Assembly (NCBI GenBank): GCA_040767965.1 | Contig: JAXGNR010000004.1 | Location: 96,001-160,000, forward strand | Reading direction: 5' to 3' | Origin: Atribacterota bacterium | GTDB taxonomy: Bacteria; Atribacterota; Phoenicimicrobiia; Phoenicimicrobiales; Stramentimicrobiaceae | DNA length: 64,000 bases | Shown here: in pieces, positions 40,686 through 51,762 of the stretch | Numbering within the stretch: the stretch's first letter is position 1 | How the letters are laid out: every line of letters starts with the position of its first letter | Position numbers and translations under genes: made by a program | Notes under the pieces: model-generated | Database searches by the model: none | The model's input: only the letters and a program-made list of their open reading frames with translations | Told to the model about the DNA's origin: nothing

Positions 40686-41156
40686 TTGCTAATTATAACT
40701 GGAATTATATTAAATATAATAGGGATTATAGGGGTTTTTTTACCAGCTTTACCGGGAGTTGTTCTTAATTATGCTGCATTGGTACTTCTTTATATTTCTA
40801 AAAAAGAATTAATATTTTCGGTAAATATTCTTTTTATGTTTGGTTTTCTTACAATAATAGTAACATTACTTGATTATATTCTTCCTTTTTTAGGAGCTAA
40901 AAAATTTGGAGTTTCCCGATCCGGCATATGGGGATCTTTAATAGGAATGATAATTGGTATATTGTTTTTCCCGCCACTGGGGATGATTTTTGGATTATTA
41001 ATCGGAGCATTTTTAGGAGAATTGCTTGCTGGGAAAGAGCAATCTCAGGCGCTTAGAGCAGGACTGGTAACATTCTTAGGTGTTCTTACTTCAACTGTCG
41101 TTAAATTGGTATTAGCTTTAGCGATGACTATTTTTTATTTTCTTAAAATACTTTAA
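40686..41156 (+). CDS. DUF456 family membrane protein
   Basis: LPALPG, GAKKFG.SR.GIWG, GAFLGEL. Confidence 0.85.
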   Translation: MLIITGIILNIIGIIGVFLPALPGVVLNYAALVLLYISKKELIFSVNILFMFGFLTIIVTLLDYILPFLGAKKFGVSRSGIWGSLIGMIIGILFFPPLGMIFGLLIGAFLGELLAGKEQSQALRAGLVTFLGVLTSTVVKLVLALAMTIFYFLKIL

Positions 41157-41267
41157 ATTGAAATATGTGATAAAAAAATGATATAAAATAATAAGAAGAG
41201 AAAACTTGTTGAGATTTGATTTATAAAATTAAGTACAATTTTGAAAGATATTGAAAGGAAATTTCAA

Positions 41268-41714
41268 ATGAAGGATATTGTTAGAATTGGTATAATTATA
41301 TGTCATCGTTATCATCGCTGTGCAGGAGGAAAATGTTTAAGGGCAATGAAAAATAAAGAAGGAGCTTTTTCTGTCTATCAGGATAAGGAAATAGAATTAG
41401 TTGGTTATACCACCTGTGACGGCTGTCCTGGCGGGAATATAGAATATTCTCCAGAGGAAATGAAAAAGAATGGAGCTCAGGTCATACATCTGGCAACAGG
41501 GTTAATAGTAGGTTATCCTCCTTGTCCCAGAATCAGGTATTTCAAAGATTTTATAGAAGAAAAATTTAATTTGGAAGTGGTCTATGGAACTCATCCAATT
41601 CCACAGAAATATTATTTGACCCATTCCAGGATGCATACCTGGGATTCAGAAAGCTGGCAGAAAATAATACAACCAACTCTGGCAGATGAAAGCTTAAGAC
41701 TGATATATGACTGA
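41268..41714 (+). CDS. CGGC domain metal-binding protein
   Basis: CAGGKC, TTCDGCPG, PPCP, GTH. Confidence 0.85.
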   Translation: MKDIVRIGIIICHRYHRCAGGKCLRAMKNKEGAFSVYQDKEIELVGYTTCDGCPGGNIEYSPEEMKKNGAQVIHLATGLIVGYPPCPRIRYFKDFIEEKFNLEVVYGTHPIPQKYYLTHSRMHTWDSESWQKIIQPTLADESLRLIYD

Positions 41715-41881
41715 TGACCAATTACAAGGTTTTTAACTGAGTATTCTGTATCCTTGTTTTCAGCAAGCTTAATAATATAATGTTTTTAAATATAAATAAG
41801 ATTTTGAATAATTTTGAAATTTAGAAAAAGTATGTGTATATTATAGAATAAAAATGTATTATCAGAAGGAAAGGTAATAAT

Positions 41882-43555
41882 ATGGATAGAAATAGCAATA
41901 AGGTTACACAGGGAGCAAGCAGGGCTCCACATCGTTCTTTGTTTTATGCGATGGGTTACACCCAGGAAGACATCAATAAACCAAATATTGGTATCGTTAA
42001 TGCTTTTAATGAAATTATTCCAGGTCATATCCAGTTAAATGATATAGTTCAATCAGTGAAAATGGGAGTTGCTGCAGCTGGTGGATTGCCAATGGAATTT
42101 CCTGCTATTGGTATTTGTGATGGAATAGCTATGAACCATCAGGGGATGAAATACCCTTTAGCCAGCAGAGAGCTAATTGCTGATTCAATTGAAGCAGTTG
42201 CCATGGCCCATCATTTTGACGGGTTGGTAATGGTGGCAAATTGTGACAAAATAGTGCCTGGAATGTTAATGGCCGCTGGCCGCTTAAATATCCCTGCAAT
42301 TTATGTAAGCGGAGGGCCAATGCTCGCAGGACAGCATGCAGGAAAAGATGTTGACTTATCAACAATGTTTGAAGCTGTTGGGCAATATAATCAGAAAAAA
42401 ATGACTAAAGAAGAATTAACTGCATTAGAATGCAGCGCATGCCCTACGGCTGGAAGTTGTTCAGGTTTGTTTACAGCTAATTCAATGAACTGTCTGTCAG
42501 AAGCATTAGGTATGGCTTTACCGGGAAACGGTACGATTCCAATAGGATATGGTGCCAGGAAGCAACTGGCCAATCAGGCTGGTAAGGCAATAATTAATTT
42601 AGTCAAAAACCAGATTAAACCCAGAGATATCATGACGGAAAAAGCTTTCCTCAATGCCATTACTCTCGATTTGGCCATGGCAGGATCAAGCAATACAGTT
42701 TTACATTTATTGGCAATTGCCCATGAGGCAGGCATTAAACTAGATTTAAAGACATTTGACAGGTTAAGCAGAATTATCCCGGTTTTAACAAAAATTTCTC
42801 CTTCCAGCAATTTACATATTGCGGATTTGTATTTTGCCGGAGGAATTCAGGCTATTTTGAAAGAGCTAGCAGATGCAAAACTTATCAATACTGAAGAAAT
42901 TACAGTAAGCGGAAGTAGTTTGGGTAAAAATATTGAATCAGCCAAAATAACAAATACTGATGTAATTAAAAAATACGAAAATCCTCTCAGTAAAGAAAGT
43001 GGAATTGCAGTATTGTATGGTAATTTAGCCCCCGAAGGTGGAGTTGTTAAGGTATCTGCTGTCAGTAAAAAAATGTACAGCTTTGAAGGACCGGCAAAAG
43101 TTTATAACTCAGAAGAAGAAGCCTATCAGGCAATTATGGACGGGAAAATAAAAAAAGGTAATGTCGTGGTAATCAGATACGAAGGACCAAAAGGCGGTCC
43201 TGGAATGCGTGAAATGCTGGCACCTACATCGGCTTTATGTGGTATGGAGTTAGATAATGATGTAGCCCTTCTTACTGATGGAAGATTTTCCGGAGCCACC
43301 AGGGGAGCAGCTATTGGTCATGTTTCTCCCGAAGCAGCAGAAAAAGGTCCTATTGGAATGATTGAAGATGGAGATATAATCAAAATTGACATTTCAAATA
43401 GAGAATTATCAGTTAAATTAACTGATGAGCAATTAAAGGAAAGAGAAGCAAAATGGGTTATGCCTGAAAACAATATCCCGTCTACATATTACTTAAAGCG
43501 ATATGCTTATTTAGTTACTTCAGCAAGCACAGGTGCAGTATTCAGAGAAGTATAA
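41882..43555 (+). CDS. ilvD: Dihydroxy-acid dehydratase
   Basis: [43 protein letters not shown]. Confidence 0.96.
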   Translation: MDRNSNKVTQGASRAPHRSLFYAMGYTQEDINKPNIGIVNAFNEIIPGHIQLNDIVQSVKMGVAAAGGLPMEFPAIGICDGIAMNHQGMKYPLASRELIADSIEAVAMAHHFDGLVMVANCDKIVPGMLMAAGRLNIPAIYVSGGPMLAGQHAGKDVDLSTMFEAVGQYNQKKMTKEELTALECSACPTAGSCSGLFTANSMNCLSEALGMALPGNGTIPIGYGARKQLANQAGKAIINLVKNQIKPRDIMTEKAFLNAITLDLAMAGSSNTVLHLLAIAHEAGIKLDLKTFDRLSRIIPVLTKISPSSNLHIADLYFAGGIQAILKELADAKLINTEEITVSGSSLGKNIESAKITNTDVIKKYENPLSKESGIAVLYGNLAPEGGVVKVSAVSKKMYSFEGPAKVYNSEEEAYQAIMDGKIKKGNVVVIRYEGPKGGPGMREMLAPTSALCGMELDNDVALLTDGRFSGATRGAAIGHVSPEAAEKGPIGMIEDGDIIKIDISNRELSVKLTDEQLKEREAKWVMPENNIPSTYYLKRYAYLVTSASTGAVFREV

Positions 43556-43608
43556 TGTTATATTCTCTAAATCACATAATTTTATAAAATAGATAATAAC
43601 TAATAAAT

Positions 43609-43655
43609 AAAATAATTAAAAAGGGGCATTAAAAATGCCCCTTTTTAATTATTTT
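43609..43655. terminator. Bidirectional terminator
   Basis: AAAATAATTAAAAAGGGGCAT...ATGCCCCTTTTTAATTATTTT. Confidence 0.85.
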
Positions 43656-43671
43656 AGGTTCAATTATTATA

Positions 43672-44490
43672 TTATAAATATATTTTTGGTTCTTTCCTCT
43701 TTTTCCCTATTATTTTTAAGGCAGATTTAATTAAAGGCATTTTTTTATAGGATATTTTACGAGCACTAAAAGGGCATAGTTTAACACAGGCAAAGCAGCG
43801 TATACATAATTTTTCACGACTTTTCAGACTTATTGGATCAATAGCATTCATTGGACAAACAGCCAGGCATTTTTTGCATTTTTGACATATATTTTTATCA
43901 ATTACTGGCGCATGGGTAATTAGAAGTTCGCTATGTTTTGGTAAAACCCTGTTAAATGTTAATAATTCTCCTTTTATTTCAAGATTGTTGATATTTTCCA
44001 TACCTTCATTTTGTTCTATTTTTTCTTTAATTTGTTTCCCAAAAGATTCTGCGAGGATTAAATCTTTTTTATCCGGTCTGCCGTCAGCAATTTTAATATC
44101 CTGATATGAGAATGAATGTTCACCGATAAAGGAAGCAGCGGCAATTATTTTAAATCCTTGAAACTGCATCATTTTTTTTAATTGCTGTAAGGCAATACCA
44201 GCGCTAATATTTCCATAGGTTACTACTAATACAATTGGTTGTCCCTGGCCTTTCATTTTAATAAGAGCCGGGTATAAAAGACTGGGAATTCTTTCTTCAT
44301 AAACAGGAATACCTAGTAGTATTGCCTCATTAATCTGGATATCAGGATTAAAGTTATGTCTTTCTATAAGTGAATTAAGGCTGATATTTTTTTGATTAGG
44401 GATATTCCATCCTTTGGCAATAGCATTAATTATTTTTTCAGTAGAATGTGTTGGAGAAAAATATATTTTTACTAATTTGTTTATATTCAC
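43672..44490 (-). CDS. Flavodoxin-like plus 2x[4Fe-4S] ferredoxin (EFR1 family)
   Basis: YFSPT, GRPD and two CxxCxxCxxxCP motifs; GTG start after GGAG. Confidence 0.85.
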   Translation of the reverse strand: MNINKLVKIYFSPTHSTEKIINAIAKGWNIPNQKNISLNSLIERHNFNPDIQINEAILLGIPVYEERIPSLLYPALIKMKGQGQPIVLVVTYGNISAGIALQQLKKMMQFQGFKIIAAASFIGEHSFSYQDIKIADGRPDKKDLILAESFGKQIKEKIEQNEGMENINNLEIKGELLTFNRVLPKHSELLITHAPVIDKNICQKCKKCLAVCPMNAIDPISLKSREKLCIRCFACVKLCPFSARKISYKKMPLIKSALKIIGKKRKEPKIYL

Positions 44491-44797
44491 TTTAATACTC
44501 CGCTGAAATGAAATCAAAACTGTAAATAAGTTGGCTGTATATTTATTGTAATAGAGTACATATTTTAAGACAAGGCAATTCCCGGATTATTACCAAAAAA
44601 ACCCTTCTTTTTATTAGTAATTAGTAAATTAATAATAGATACTAAATAAAATAAATAATAATTAAATTTTTTTAATTAGTTTTAATCATTTATTTAAGAT
44701 AGCTTAACAAATAATTTTTTGTTACAATTAAATCAATAATTTAACTATATTTGAAATTCTTAAAATATAAATTCAGGATAGAATACAGGAGGGGAAA

Positions 44798-45331
44798 ATG
44801 TTTTCTTTAATTAAAAAAAGAAGAAGTATCAGGGTATTTCAAAAAAGAAAAGTAGAAAAAGAAAAAATTAATCAGATTATGCAGGCCGCTTTAATGTCTC
44901 CATCGTCCAAAAACAACAATCCCTGGAAATTTATGATTATTGATGATCAAATTGCTCTGCAGAAAATATCGCAGGCAAAAAAGGCCGGTTCACAATTTTT
45001 AGCTAATTCCCCGCTGGCTATAGTGGTACTGGCAGATCCAGAGAGGTCGGATGTGTGGATCGAAGATTGCTCTATTGCCAGTACTTTTATCATTCTGGCA
45101 GCTCAAAATCTGGAACTGGGAAGCTGCTGGGTGCAGATTAGGAAAAGAGAACACGCGGATGGATCGAATGCAGAAGAATATATTAAAGAATTACTGGATA
45201 TTCCTAACCATTTACAAGTCCCGTGTGTTATAGCAATAGGCTATCCGGCAGAAGAAAAAGCAGATAAACAGGTTGCACAAGAAAAAATAAAAGATGTTTA
45301 TTATAATAAATATGGGAGAACATTCTTCTAG
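44798..45331 (+). CDS. Nitroreductase family protein
   Basis: RRSIR, SPSSKN..PW, LGSCWVQ, IGYP. Confidence 0.92.
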   Translation: MFSLIKKRRSIRVFQKRKVEKEKINQIMQAALMSPSSKNNNPWKFMIIDDQIALQKISQAKKAGSQFLANSPLAIVVLADPERSDVWIEDCSIASTFIILAAQNLELGSCWVQIRKREHADGSNAEEYIKELLDIPNHLQVPCVIAIGYPAEEKADKQVAQEKIKDVYYNKYGRTFF

Positions 45332-45376
45332 TATTTGTAACTTCTAAGGAAAATGATTGAGGGAGAATCAGGTATT

Positions 45377-46615
45377 ATGTCAGAAAAATTTGGTTTAGTA
45401 TTAGAAGGCGGCGGGGCAAAAGGAGCATATGAAATTGGTGCATGTGAGGCTATCTTTGAGATGGGAATTGAAATTTCTGCAGTTGCCGGCACCTCTGTTG
45501 GTGCTTTAAATGGAGCAATGATAGCCCAGCATGCAATAAAAGAAGCACATGACTTATGGTATAATATCAGCCCTTCTCAAATAATGAATATTGATGAAGG
45601 AAAATTGAAACAATTAGCCAGCTTAGAAATTAAACCTGGAGATATGAGCTATTTTCTGAAAATGTTTGGTGAATTGATATCTGAAGGAGGAATAGATGTT
45701 TCTCCTTTAAAAAGACTAATAAAAAAACATGTCAATGAAGATAAGCTGAGAAAGTCTCATATTGATCTGGGTATGGTAACAGTATCTTTTAGTGATAGAA
45801 AAGCGATAGAGGTATTTGTAGAGGATATACCATATGGTCAGGTTGCAGATTATCTTTTTGCCAGTGCTAATTTTCCTCTTTTTAGAACAGCTAAAATAGG
45901 TGACAAAATATTTTTAGATGGAGGAATATATGATAATCTTCCAATCAATATGTTGTTAAAAAAAGGATTTAAATCTCTTATTACAATCCAGGTGGGAGGA
46001 TTAGGAAGAAAGAGAAAAGTTGATTTGAGCAATCTGAATATTATAAATATAGAATCAAGAGAGAATTTGGGAGGACCTTTAAATTTTGACTCTGAGAAAA
46101 CAAGAAAAAACTTAAAATTAGGTTATTACGATGCATATCGGGTTGTAAAAAGCCTGACTGGAAATCTATATTACATTAACTTAGCAGGACAAGAAGATTC
46201 ATTTGTGGATTATTTTAAAAACCTGGATTTAGCAATTATTTCTAAAATTGCTAAAGTTCTTAATTTAAAAGAAAACATACCTCCCAAAAGATTGCTTTTT
46301 GAAAGAGTTATTCCCAAATTGATTGATGTATTAAAACTTCCTGCTGATTGTAAATATCAGGATATAGCTATAGCCTTAGCAGAAAGAATCGCTTTGCAGG
46401 TTGATGTAGAAAGATTTCAAATATATTCTTTCCAAGAATTCATTGAACAGATAATAAAAAATTATAAAACAGGTAAAACTAAGGCAACAAAAGAAAATAA
46501 CCTGATTTCACATTTTGGGTTTCTTTCTTTGTTCAGCAGTGATAATGTTCTAAAAAAAATTGTAGATGAACTATTAAATGAAAAATTAATGAAATCTCTG
46601 CATAAAATGACATAA
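45377..46615 (+). CDS. Patatin-like phospholipase
   Basis: GGGAKG, GTSVG, DGG. Confidence 0.9.
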   Translation: MSEKFGLVLEGGGAKGAYEIGACEAIFEMGIEISAVAGTSVGALNGAMIAQHAIKEAHDLWYNISPSQIMNIDEGKLKQLASLEIKPGDMSYFLKMFGELISEGGIDVSPLKRLIKKHVNEDKLRKSHIDLGMVTVSFSDRKAIEVFVEDIPYGQVADYLFASANFPLFRTAKIGDKIFLDGGIYDNLPINMLLKKGFKSLITIQVGGLGRKRKVDLSNLNIINIESRENLGGPLNFDSEKTRKNLKLGYYDAYRVVKSLTGNLYYINLAGQEDSFVDYFKNLDLAIISKIAKVLNLKENIPPKRLLFERVIPKLIDVLKLPADCKYQDIAIALAERIALQVDVERFQIYSFQEFIEQIIKNYKTGKTKATKENNLISHFGFLSLFSSDNVLKKIVDELLNEKLMKSLHKMT

Positions 46616-46651
46616 AAGTAAAAATTCTAAAATTGAATAAGAGGTTTGCTT

Positions 46652-48550
46652 ATGTATTTAAAGACTGATTTTTGCCAAAAAGCACTACTGGTTGATGTTG
46701 GTACAAAATTTTATCGCATTGATCGTTTTCAGGTTGGAGATTACTTTGGTCCCCCTGATCTGGGTTTATATCTTTCCGGTAAATATAATAGCTTGAATAT
46801 AGGAACAGGCTTATTAGCTGGTTCTATTTTTCCCGGCTCTAACAGATTGTTTTTTAGTGGGTTCTCACCTTGCTGGGGCGGATTTTATATTTCTTCCATG
46901 GGGGGAGCTGGATTAGTTTTTGATAACCTGGGAATAAATATGTTTTCTATTATCGGCTGGGCAAAGACTCCCTCTGTTCTTTATTTAAACCGGGTTCATG
47001 GAGAAGAGATAAAAGTTGATATTGTTCCTCTGGATTTATATTCAGCATGGCAAACCGGAGAAGGAGGGATATACTCTTTAATGGATTATACTTATAAGCA
47101 ATTTGGTTCTCAATATAAAAAAGAACCGCGCATTTTGGCAACCGGTCCAGCTTCCGAGGTAACTGATTTTGGAGCAATATGTTCTGCTCCTATCCAAAAT
47201 GGAAAAATTAGTCCGGTTGATACCTGGGCAGGCAGAGGAGGTTTTGGAACTAAAATGCTGCAGCAGCATAATATTGCTGCCGTAATTTATGGAGGAACAT
47301 ATGTTGATGAGGATTTTAGGGATAGGAAAGTAGCTGACCAGTGGTTTGAAAATAAATATAATGAAAAGATGGCCGCCAAAGACATTGAAGCTACAGCAAA
47401 ATATCGCTTTGAAGAAAATTTTGGAACTGGTGGCACATTTGGCGTAAATTATGCAACTATTAATGGTAGAATGCTTTCTTTTAATTATCGCAGTATTTAT
47501 TTCGATGAAGAAACAAGGAATAAAATACATCAACAGTTTATTTTAAATCATTATTTAAAACAGTTTAATGAAGAAACAATTCAAACTAAAAATCAAAAAA
47601 CTTGCGGTGAACCCTGTGCTGCTGTCTGTAAAAAAATGAGAGATATTTACAAAAAGGATTATGAGCCTTATCAGGCGTTAGGCCCTCTATGTGGTATTTT
47701 TGATCAAAGAGCAGCAGAAAAACTAGTGCGTCATGCAGATATGTATGGTTTTGACTCCATTGCAATTGGCGGGGTTTTGGCCTGGTTGTTTGATTGTGTT
47801 GACAAAAATCTCTTATCCCCTGCTGATTTAAACATAAAGGATAAACCTGTTTTTGATATAAAAAACTTCAATATTGAAGCTGACTCAATGCATAATGCTA
47901 ATCTGGGAGTTGAATTATTAGATAAAATAATTAATCGTGAACAGTTTTTAGATTTAGGCCAGGGTGCCCGAGAATTAGCAAAAAAGTTAAGCCTAAAAAA
48001 GAATTCCCAGATAATTCATAATTTCATTTATAGTTCTTTCGCTAAAAGAGGATGGATGGTCCCAAATCAGTACTGGACTCCCGGAGTTCTATCTCCAATG
48101 GCTATAATGGGGAAATATTATATGTTCTATGGGGATGACTTTATTCCTCCACGTGAACTGGGGAGAACTAATGCTTTTCGTTTCAAAAAAGAGCTGATGC
48201 TTGATATGTTTGGAATTTGTCGTTTTCATCGGAAATGGGCAGAAGAAATGATTCCTGAAATCATCGGGTCTTTGTTTGATTTAAAAGACGTGTTTTTAGA
48301 AAAAGTACATAGTACTGCTTGTCATATTAATAGCAGAAATGCATCTACCTTCTGGGAAACAGATAGAAGCATAGATTTTATTTATGCTTTCTTAAAAAGA
48401 AAAAAAGAGGTAGAAAATGATAATAATAAAGAGCTTCTCCGCTGGATAGAATATTTTGAAAAAGATAAGAAGGAAGCAGCCATCGACTTTTGGTATGAGA
48501 TGCATAAAGGGATGACTGAATCCTTACATGATACCATATGCCTGAAATAG
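46652..48550 (+). CDS. AOR-family (W/Mo-pterin) oxidoreductase, GAPOR-like
   Basis: AGSIFPGSNRL, SSMGGAG, WAGRGGFG, KYR...GGTFG.NY, TCGEPC..VCKK, YEPY..LGP, CRFHR.W. Confidence 0.78.
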   Translation: MYLKTDFCQKALLVDVGTKFYRIDRFQVGDYFGPPDLGLYLSGKYNSLNIGTGLLAGSIFPGSNRLFFSGFSPCWGGFYISSMGGAGLVFDNLGINMFSIIGWAKTPSVLYLNRVHGEEIKVDIVPLDLYSAWQTGEGGIYSLMDYTYKQFGSQYKKEPRILATGPASEVTDFGAICSAPIQNGKISPVDTWAGRGGFGTKMLQQHNIAAVIYGGTYVDEDFRDRKVADQWFENKYNEKMAAKDIEATAKYRFEENFGTGGTFGVNYATINGRMLSFNYRSIYFDEETRNKIHQQFILNHYLKQFNEETIQTKNQKTCGEPCAAVCKKMRDIYKKDYEPYQALGPLCGIFDQRAAEKLVRHADMYGFDSIAIGGVLAWLFDCVDKNLLSPADLNIKDKPVFDIKNFNIEADSMHNANLGVELLDKIINREQFLDLGQGARELAKKLSLKKNSQIIHNFIYSSFAKRGWMVPNQYWTPGVLSPMAIMGKYYMFYGDDFIPPRELGRTNAFRFKKELMLDMFGICRFHRKWAEEMIPEIIGSLFDLKDVFLEKVHSTACHINSRNASTFWETDRSIDFIYAFLKRKKEVENDNNKELLRWIEYFEKDKKEAAIDFWYEMHKGMTESLHDTICLK

Positions 48551-48607
48551 TTTAATTGGCCTAAAATGTTTTTAAATTATTTTAAGTTAATCAGGAGGTG
48601 TGGATAT

Positions 48608-49420
48608 ATGAATTTCAAATATTTATCTCAAAAAATTGCCAGTAAATTGCTGGAAATTCCTTTCAAATGGAATTCCCGGTTAGCAGTATTAGAACTTTCA
48701 AAAGACTGCTATGCAGGATGGGAGCAGAGCGAGTGGTTGGATTTTTATTTCCGCTATTTGTGCGAAAAGTATTTGCCTGATTATATTCCGATGCATGATA
48801 AGGTTTGTGGAACCACATTTTTTGATGGAATACATGACCTATCTCCTGATTTTGGCGAGAAAATATTTCCTCCCAATCCAGGTCAAGATTTGAAAGACAA
48901 ATCTTCTGATTTTAACAGAGAATTTACCCTTGCTTACAGCAACTACCAGCACTGGCGACAAATGGAGTGGATAGAAAGTTATTTTTCTTATTTATGCGTG
49001 AAACATCTTTCAGGTTTTTTAAAAATTCCCGGTCCAAGATATAAAAAAAGGAGTTTTGATGGATTTTTGGAAATTCCCTGGCTGTTTAAAGTATTTATTG
49101 AAAATACTGGCAATAAAAATATAATACTTGCAGATGCAGACTTGATGGTTAAAGGAATATCAAAATACGAGAAAATTGGTATTGTTGTTGCAGAAGGAAG
49201 AGCAGAATATTATAAGGAAAAAGCAGATAAGAATATGAGACAAAATTCTATGTTCATTTTAAAGAACATTTTTATTTTGCCTTTTACAGCTGATGTAATG
49301 CAAAAATGCAAAACATTTCAGTTAGCAGGTATCAAGACAGGGAATGGTTTACCTGAAAAAATATTATTAGATATTGCTATTATAAGAGAAAGGACTGTCA
49401 GTTTACAAAAATATTCTTAA
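48608..49420 (+). CDS. Hypothetical protein with internal duplication, restriction-endonuclease-like
   Basis: AGGAGG RBS; two copies of WxQxEW..YF.YLC.K.L followed by F(F)DG; IPWLFK. Confidence 0.55.
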   Translation: MNFKYLSQKIASKLLEIPFKWNSRLAVLELSKDCYAGWEQSEWLDFYFRYLCEKYLPDYIPMHDKVCGTTFFDGIHDLSPDFGEKIFPPNPGQDLKDKSSDFNREFTLAYSNYQHWRQMEWIESYFSYLCVKHLSGFLKIPGPRYKKRSFDGFLEIPWLFKVFIENTGNKNIILADADLMVKGISKYEKIGIVVAEGRAEYYKEKADKNMRQNSMFILKNIFILPFTADVMQKCKTFQLAGIKTGNGLPEKILLDIAIIRERTVSLQKYS

Positions 49421-49475
49421 TTTATTTGTATAAAAATAACTAAAAACCCAAATTAAACATATAAAGAGAGGAAAT

Positions 49476-50765
49476 ATGTTAAATCAAATAGGTAGAGACA
49501 TTTTCTCAGAAATTTGTAAAATGGAAATTATTGATACCCATGAACATATTATGAGTCAGGAAGAAGTTAAAGAAGAAGTTGTTCACTTATTTAAAGTTTT
49601 TGAAAATTCTTATGCAAATCTTGATTTGATTTCAGCTGGAATGTCTCCAGATATCTGGGAAAAGAAAAATTTAGTAGAAATTTGGGAAGAGTTTAAAAAA
49701 TATCAGCCTCATGTATTATTAACTACTTTTGTAAAAAATATATTATATTCTTTGAAAGAATTATATGGGTTAAATACTGGAGAAATAAAAGAAGACAATT
49801 ATCAGGAAATTTCTGAAAAAATAACTGATTCTTATAACTCAAATAATTGGTATAAGTATGTTCTGAAAGAAAAAGCAAACATAAAAATATCAATGCTGGA
49901 TGCTTTTTGGAATGTAGAAAATTTTAACTATGACCGGGAACTTTTTATTCCTGTATTAAGGACCAATGCTTTTATTTTAGGAAGAGAATATAGCTCGCCA
50001 TTTCCTAAGGGAAAATGGGCACATTCAACAATAGAAAGTATCTCTGAAGCATGGGGAGTAAGTATTGATGATTTTGAATCCTATTTAGAAATCATTAAAT
50101 TAGCAATTAAAAAATATAAAAAAATTGGATGCCCAGCTGTCAAGATCGGGACCGCCTATCATAGGTCTCTCTACTTTGAAAAGACAGATAAAAGAGAAGC
50201 AGCTGTTATTTACAAAAAAGATCCTAAAAGAATTAGTTTGTCTGAACAAAAAAAGCTGCAGGATTTTATGGCACATTATATTATCCATCAGGCGACTTCT
50301 GCAGAAATGGCGGTTCAAATACACACAGGTACTTTTGCCCGTAATGGCAGCATAATAGAAAACGGCAATCCTGAACAATTGAATAATTTATTTTTGGAAT
50401 ACCCCTCAACAAGATTTTCATTATTTCATTTCTCTTATCCTTATACCAGTCAGGTTTTCAGTTTAGCTAAAATGTTTTCCAATGTTGTTCTGGACTTTTG
50501 CTGGGTTCCGATGATTTCTGAGAATTTTGCCAAAAAATCATTGACAGAATTCTTAGACTTGATTCCTAGCAATAAACTGATGTGGGGTGGAGATTCCTAT
50601 AGAGTCGAAGAAGCCTTTGGTGGGGCGCATTTGTGCAGGAAGGTAATCTCTGAGGTTTTATCTGAAAAGGTCAAAGAAAGAAGTATTACTCAAGGAAAAG
50701 CCTTAAAAATTGCTCAAGATATTTTATTTAATAACGCACGGCAATTTTATCAGTTAAAAATATAG
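49476..50765 (+). CDS. Amidohydrolase superfamily protein (uronate isomerase/lactonase-like)
   Basis: IIDTHEH, QIHTG, LFHFSYPY, WGGD, NARQFY. Confidence 0.85.
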   Translation: MLNQIGRDIFSEICKMEIIDTHEHIMSQEEVKEEVVHLFKVFENSYANLDLISAGMSPDIWEKKNLVEIWEEFKKYQPHVLLTTFVKNILYSLKELYGLNTGEIKEDNYQEISEKITDSYNSNNWYKYVLKEKANIKISMLDAFWNVENFNYDRELFIPVLRTNAFILGREYSSPFPKGKWAHSTIESISEAWGVSIDDFESYLEIIKLAIKKYKKIGCPAVKIGTAYHRSLYFEKTDKREAAVIYKKDPKRISLSEQKKLQDFMAHYIIHQATSAEMAVQIHTGTFARNGSIIENGNPEQLNNLFLEYPSTRFSLFHFSYPYTSQVFSLAKMFSNVVLDFCWVPMISENFAKKSLTEFLDLIPSNKLMWGGDSYRVEEAFGGAHLCRKVISEVLSEKVKERSITQGKALKIAQDILFNNARQFYQLKI

Positions 50766-50903
50766 AGAATCAAGTAAACAGATAGCTCAACTGCTTTAAT
50801 TGTAATTTATTTTGCTATTTCCTATTTTGCTTATTTATATACAGGACCAGAAATTTGTTTCATCGAAATTGGCAATGAAAAATGTAATTATTTAAAAAGA
50901 GAT

Positions 50904-51548
50904 CTAATTCTGTTTTTGAAGTGTTTCCCTGGAAAAAAGACATCCGCAGTAATCTTGTCTGTAAAGATTATATTTTTTAGACAGAGTTATTGATTGCTGA
51001 AAACCATTTCTTTTTTTAAAATCACTGTAAAGGTAATTTAACTGATATTTTTTTGCAATATTTTTTCCAAGAACATTGATTATATGAGCATCTTTATGAG
51101 GACTAACAGTTAAAGTTGTGGTAAAATAGGAGATATCAAGCTCAAGAGCTTTTAGTGCTGTATTTTCAAGCCGAAATGAATAACACTTAAGACAACGAAT
51201 ACCTCCTTCTTTTTTATTTTCCAATCCTTTTACTTTTTCAAAAAATATTTCTGACTCATATTTTTCTTGTATAAAATTTATTCTGTTTTTTGCTGGGAAG
51301 AGGGTGATAAATTTTTTTTGTTCAGCCAGCCTTTTATTGTATTCTTCTTCCGGGTAGATGTTTGGATTATAATAAAATACAGTAATTGAAAAATATTGAG
51401 ACAAATATTCCAACACATAGCTGCTGCAAGGCGCACAACAACTATGCAGTAATAATTTTGGAGTTATTTTTTTAGATACATTTTTCTCAATTTCTTGTTC
51501 TAAATAGTGCTGATAATTTTTTTTTATTATTTGTTTAGCATTTTTCAT
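50904..51548 (-). CDS. queH: Epoxyqueuosine reductase QueH
   Basis: HSCCAPCS, YNPNI, RCLKC, SPHK, YRQDYCGC. Confidence 0.93.
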   Translation of the reverse strand: MKNAKQIIKKNYQHYLEQEIEKNVSKKITPKLLLHSCCAPCSSYVLEYLSQYFSITVFYYNPNIYPEEEYNKRLAEQKKFITLFPAKNRINFIQEKYESEIFFEKVKGLENKKEGGIRCLKCYSFRLENTALKALELDISYFTTTLTVSPHKDAHIINVLGKNIAKKYQLNYLYSDFKKRNGFQQSITLSKKYNLYRQDYCGCLFSRETLQKQN

Positions 51549-51762
51549 TCTTACTATTTTTATCCATTCATATAATAAATAAAATTAGCAATTTTATTTA
51601 TTTTTATATTATCATAATGACTCAATAATTGCACCAGTCCTCAAAAAAGTCTGTAGAAATATAGAAGTAAAATAAATTGATGGACATTCTTATTGTATAA
51701 TAATATAGTAGAGTAAAATTCTTGTTTGCTATTTTTATCAGATAAGAGGTTAAGAGGTTTAT

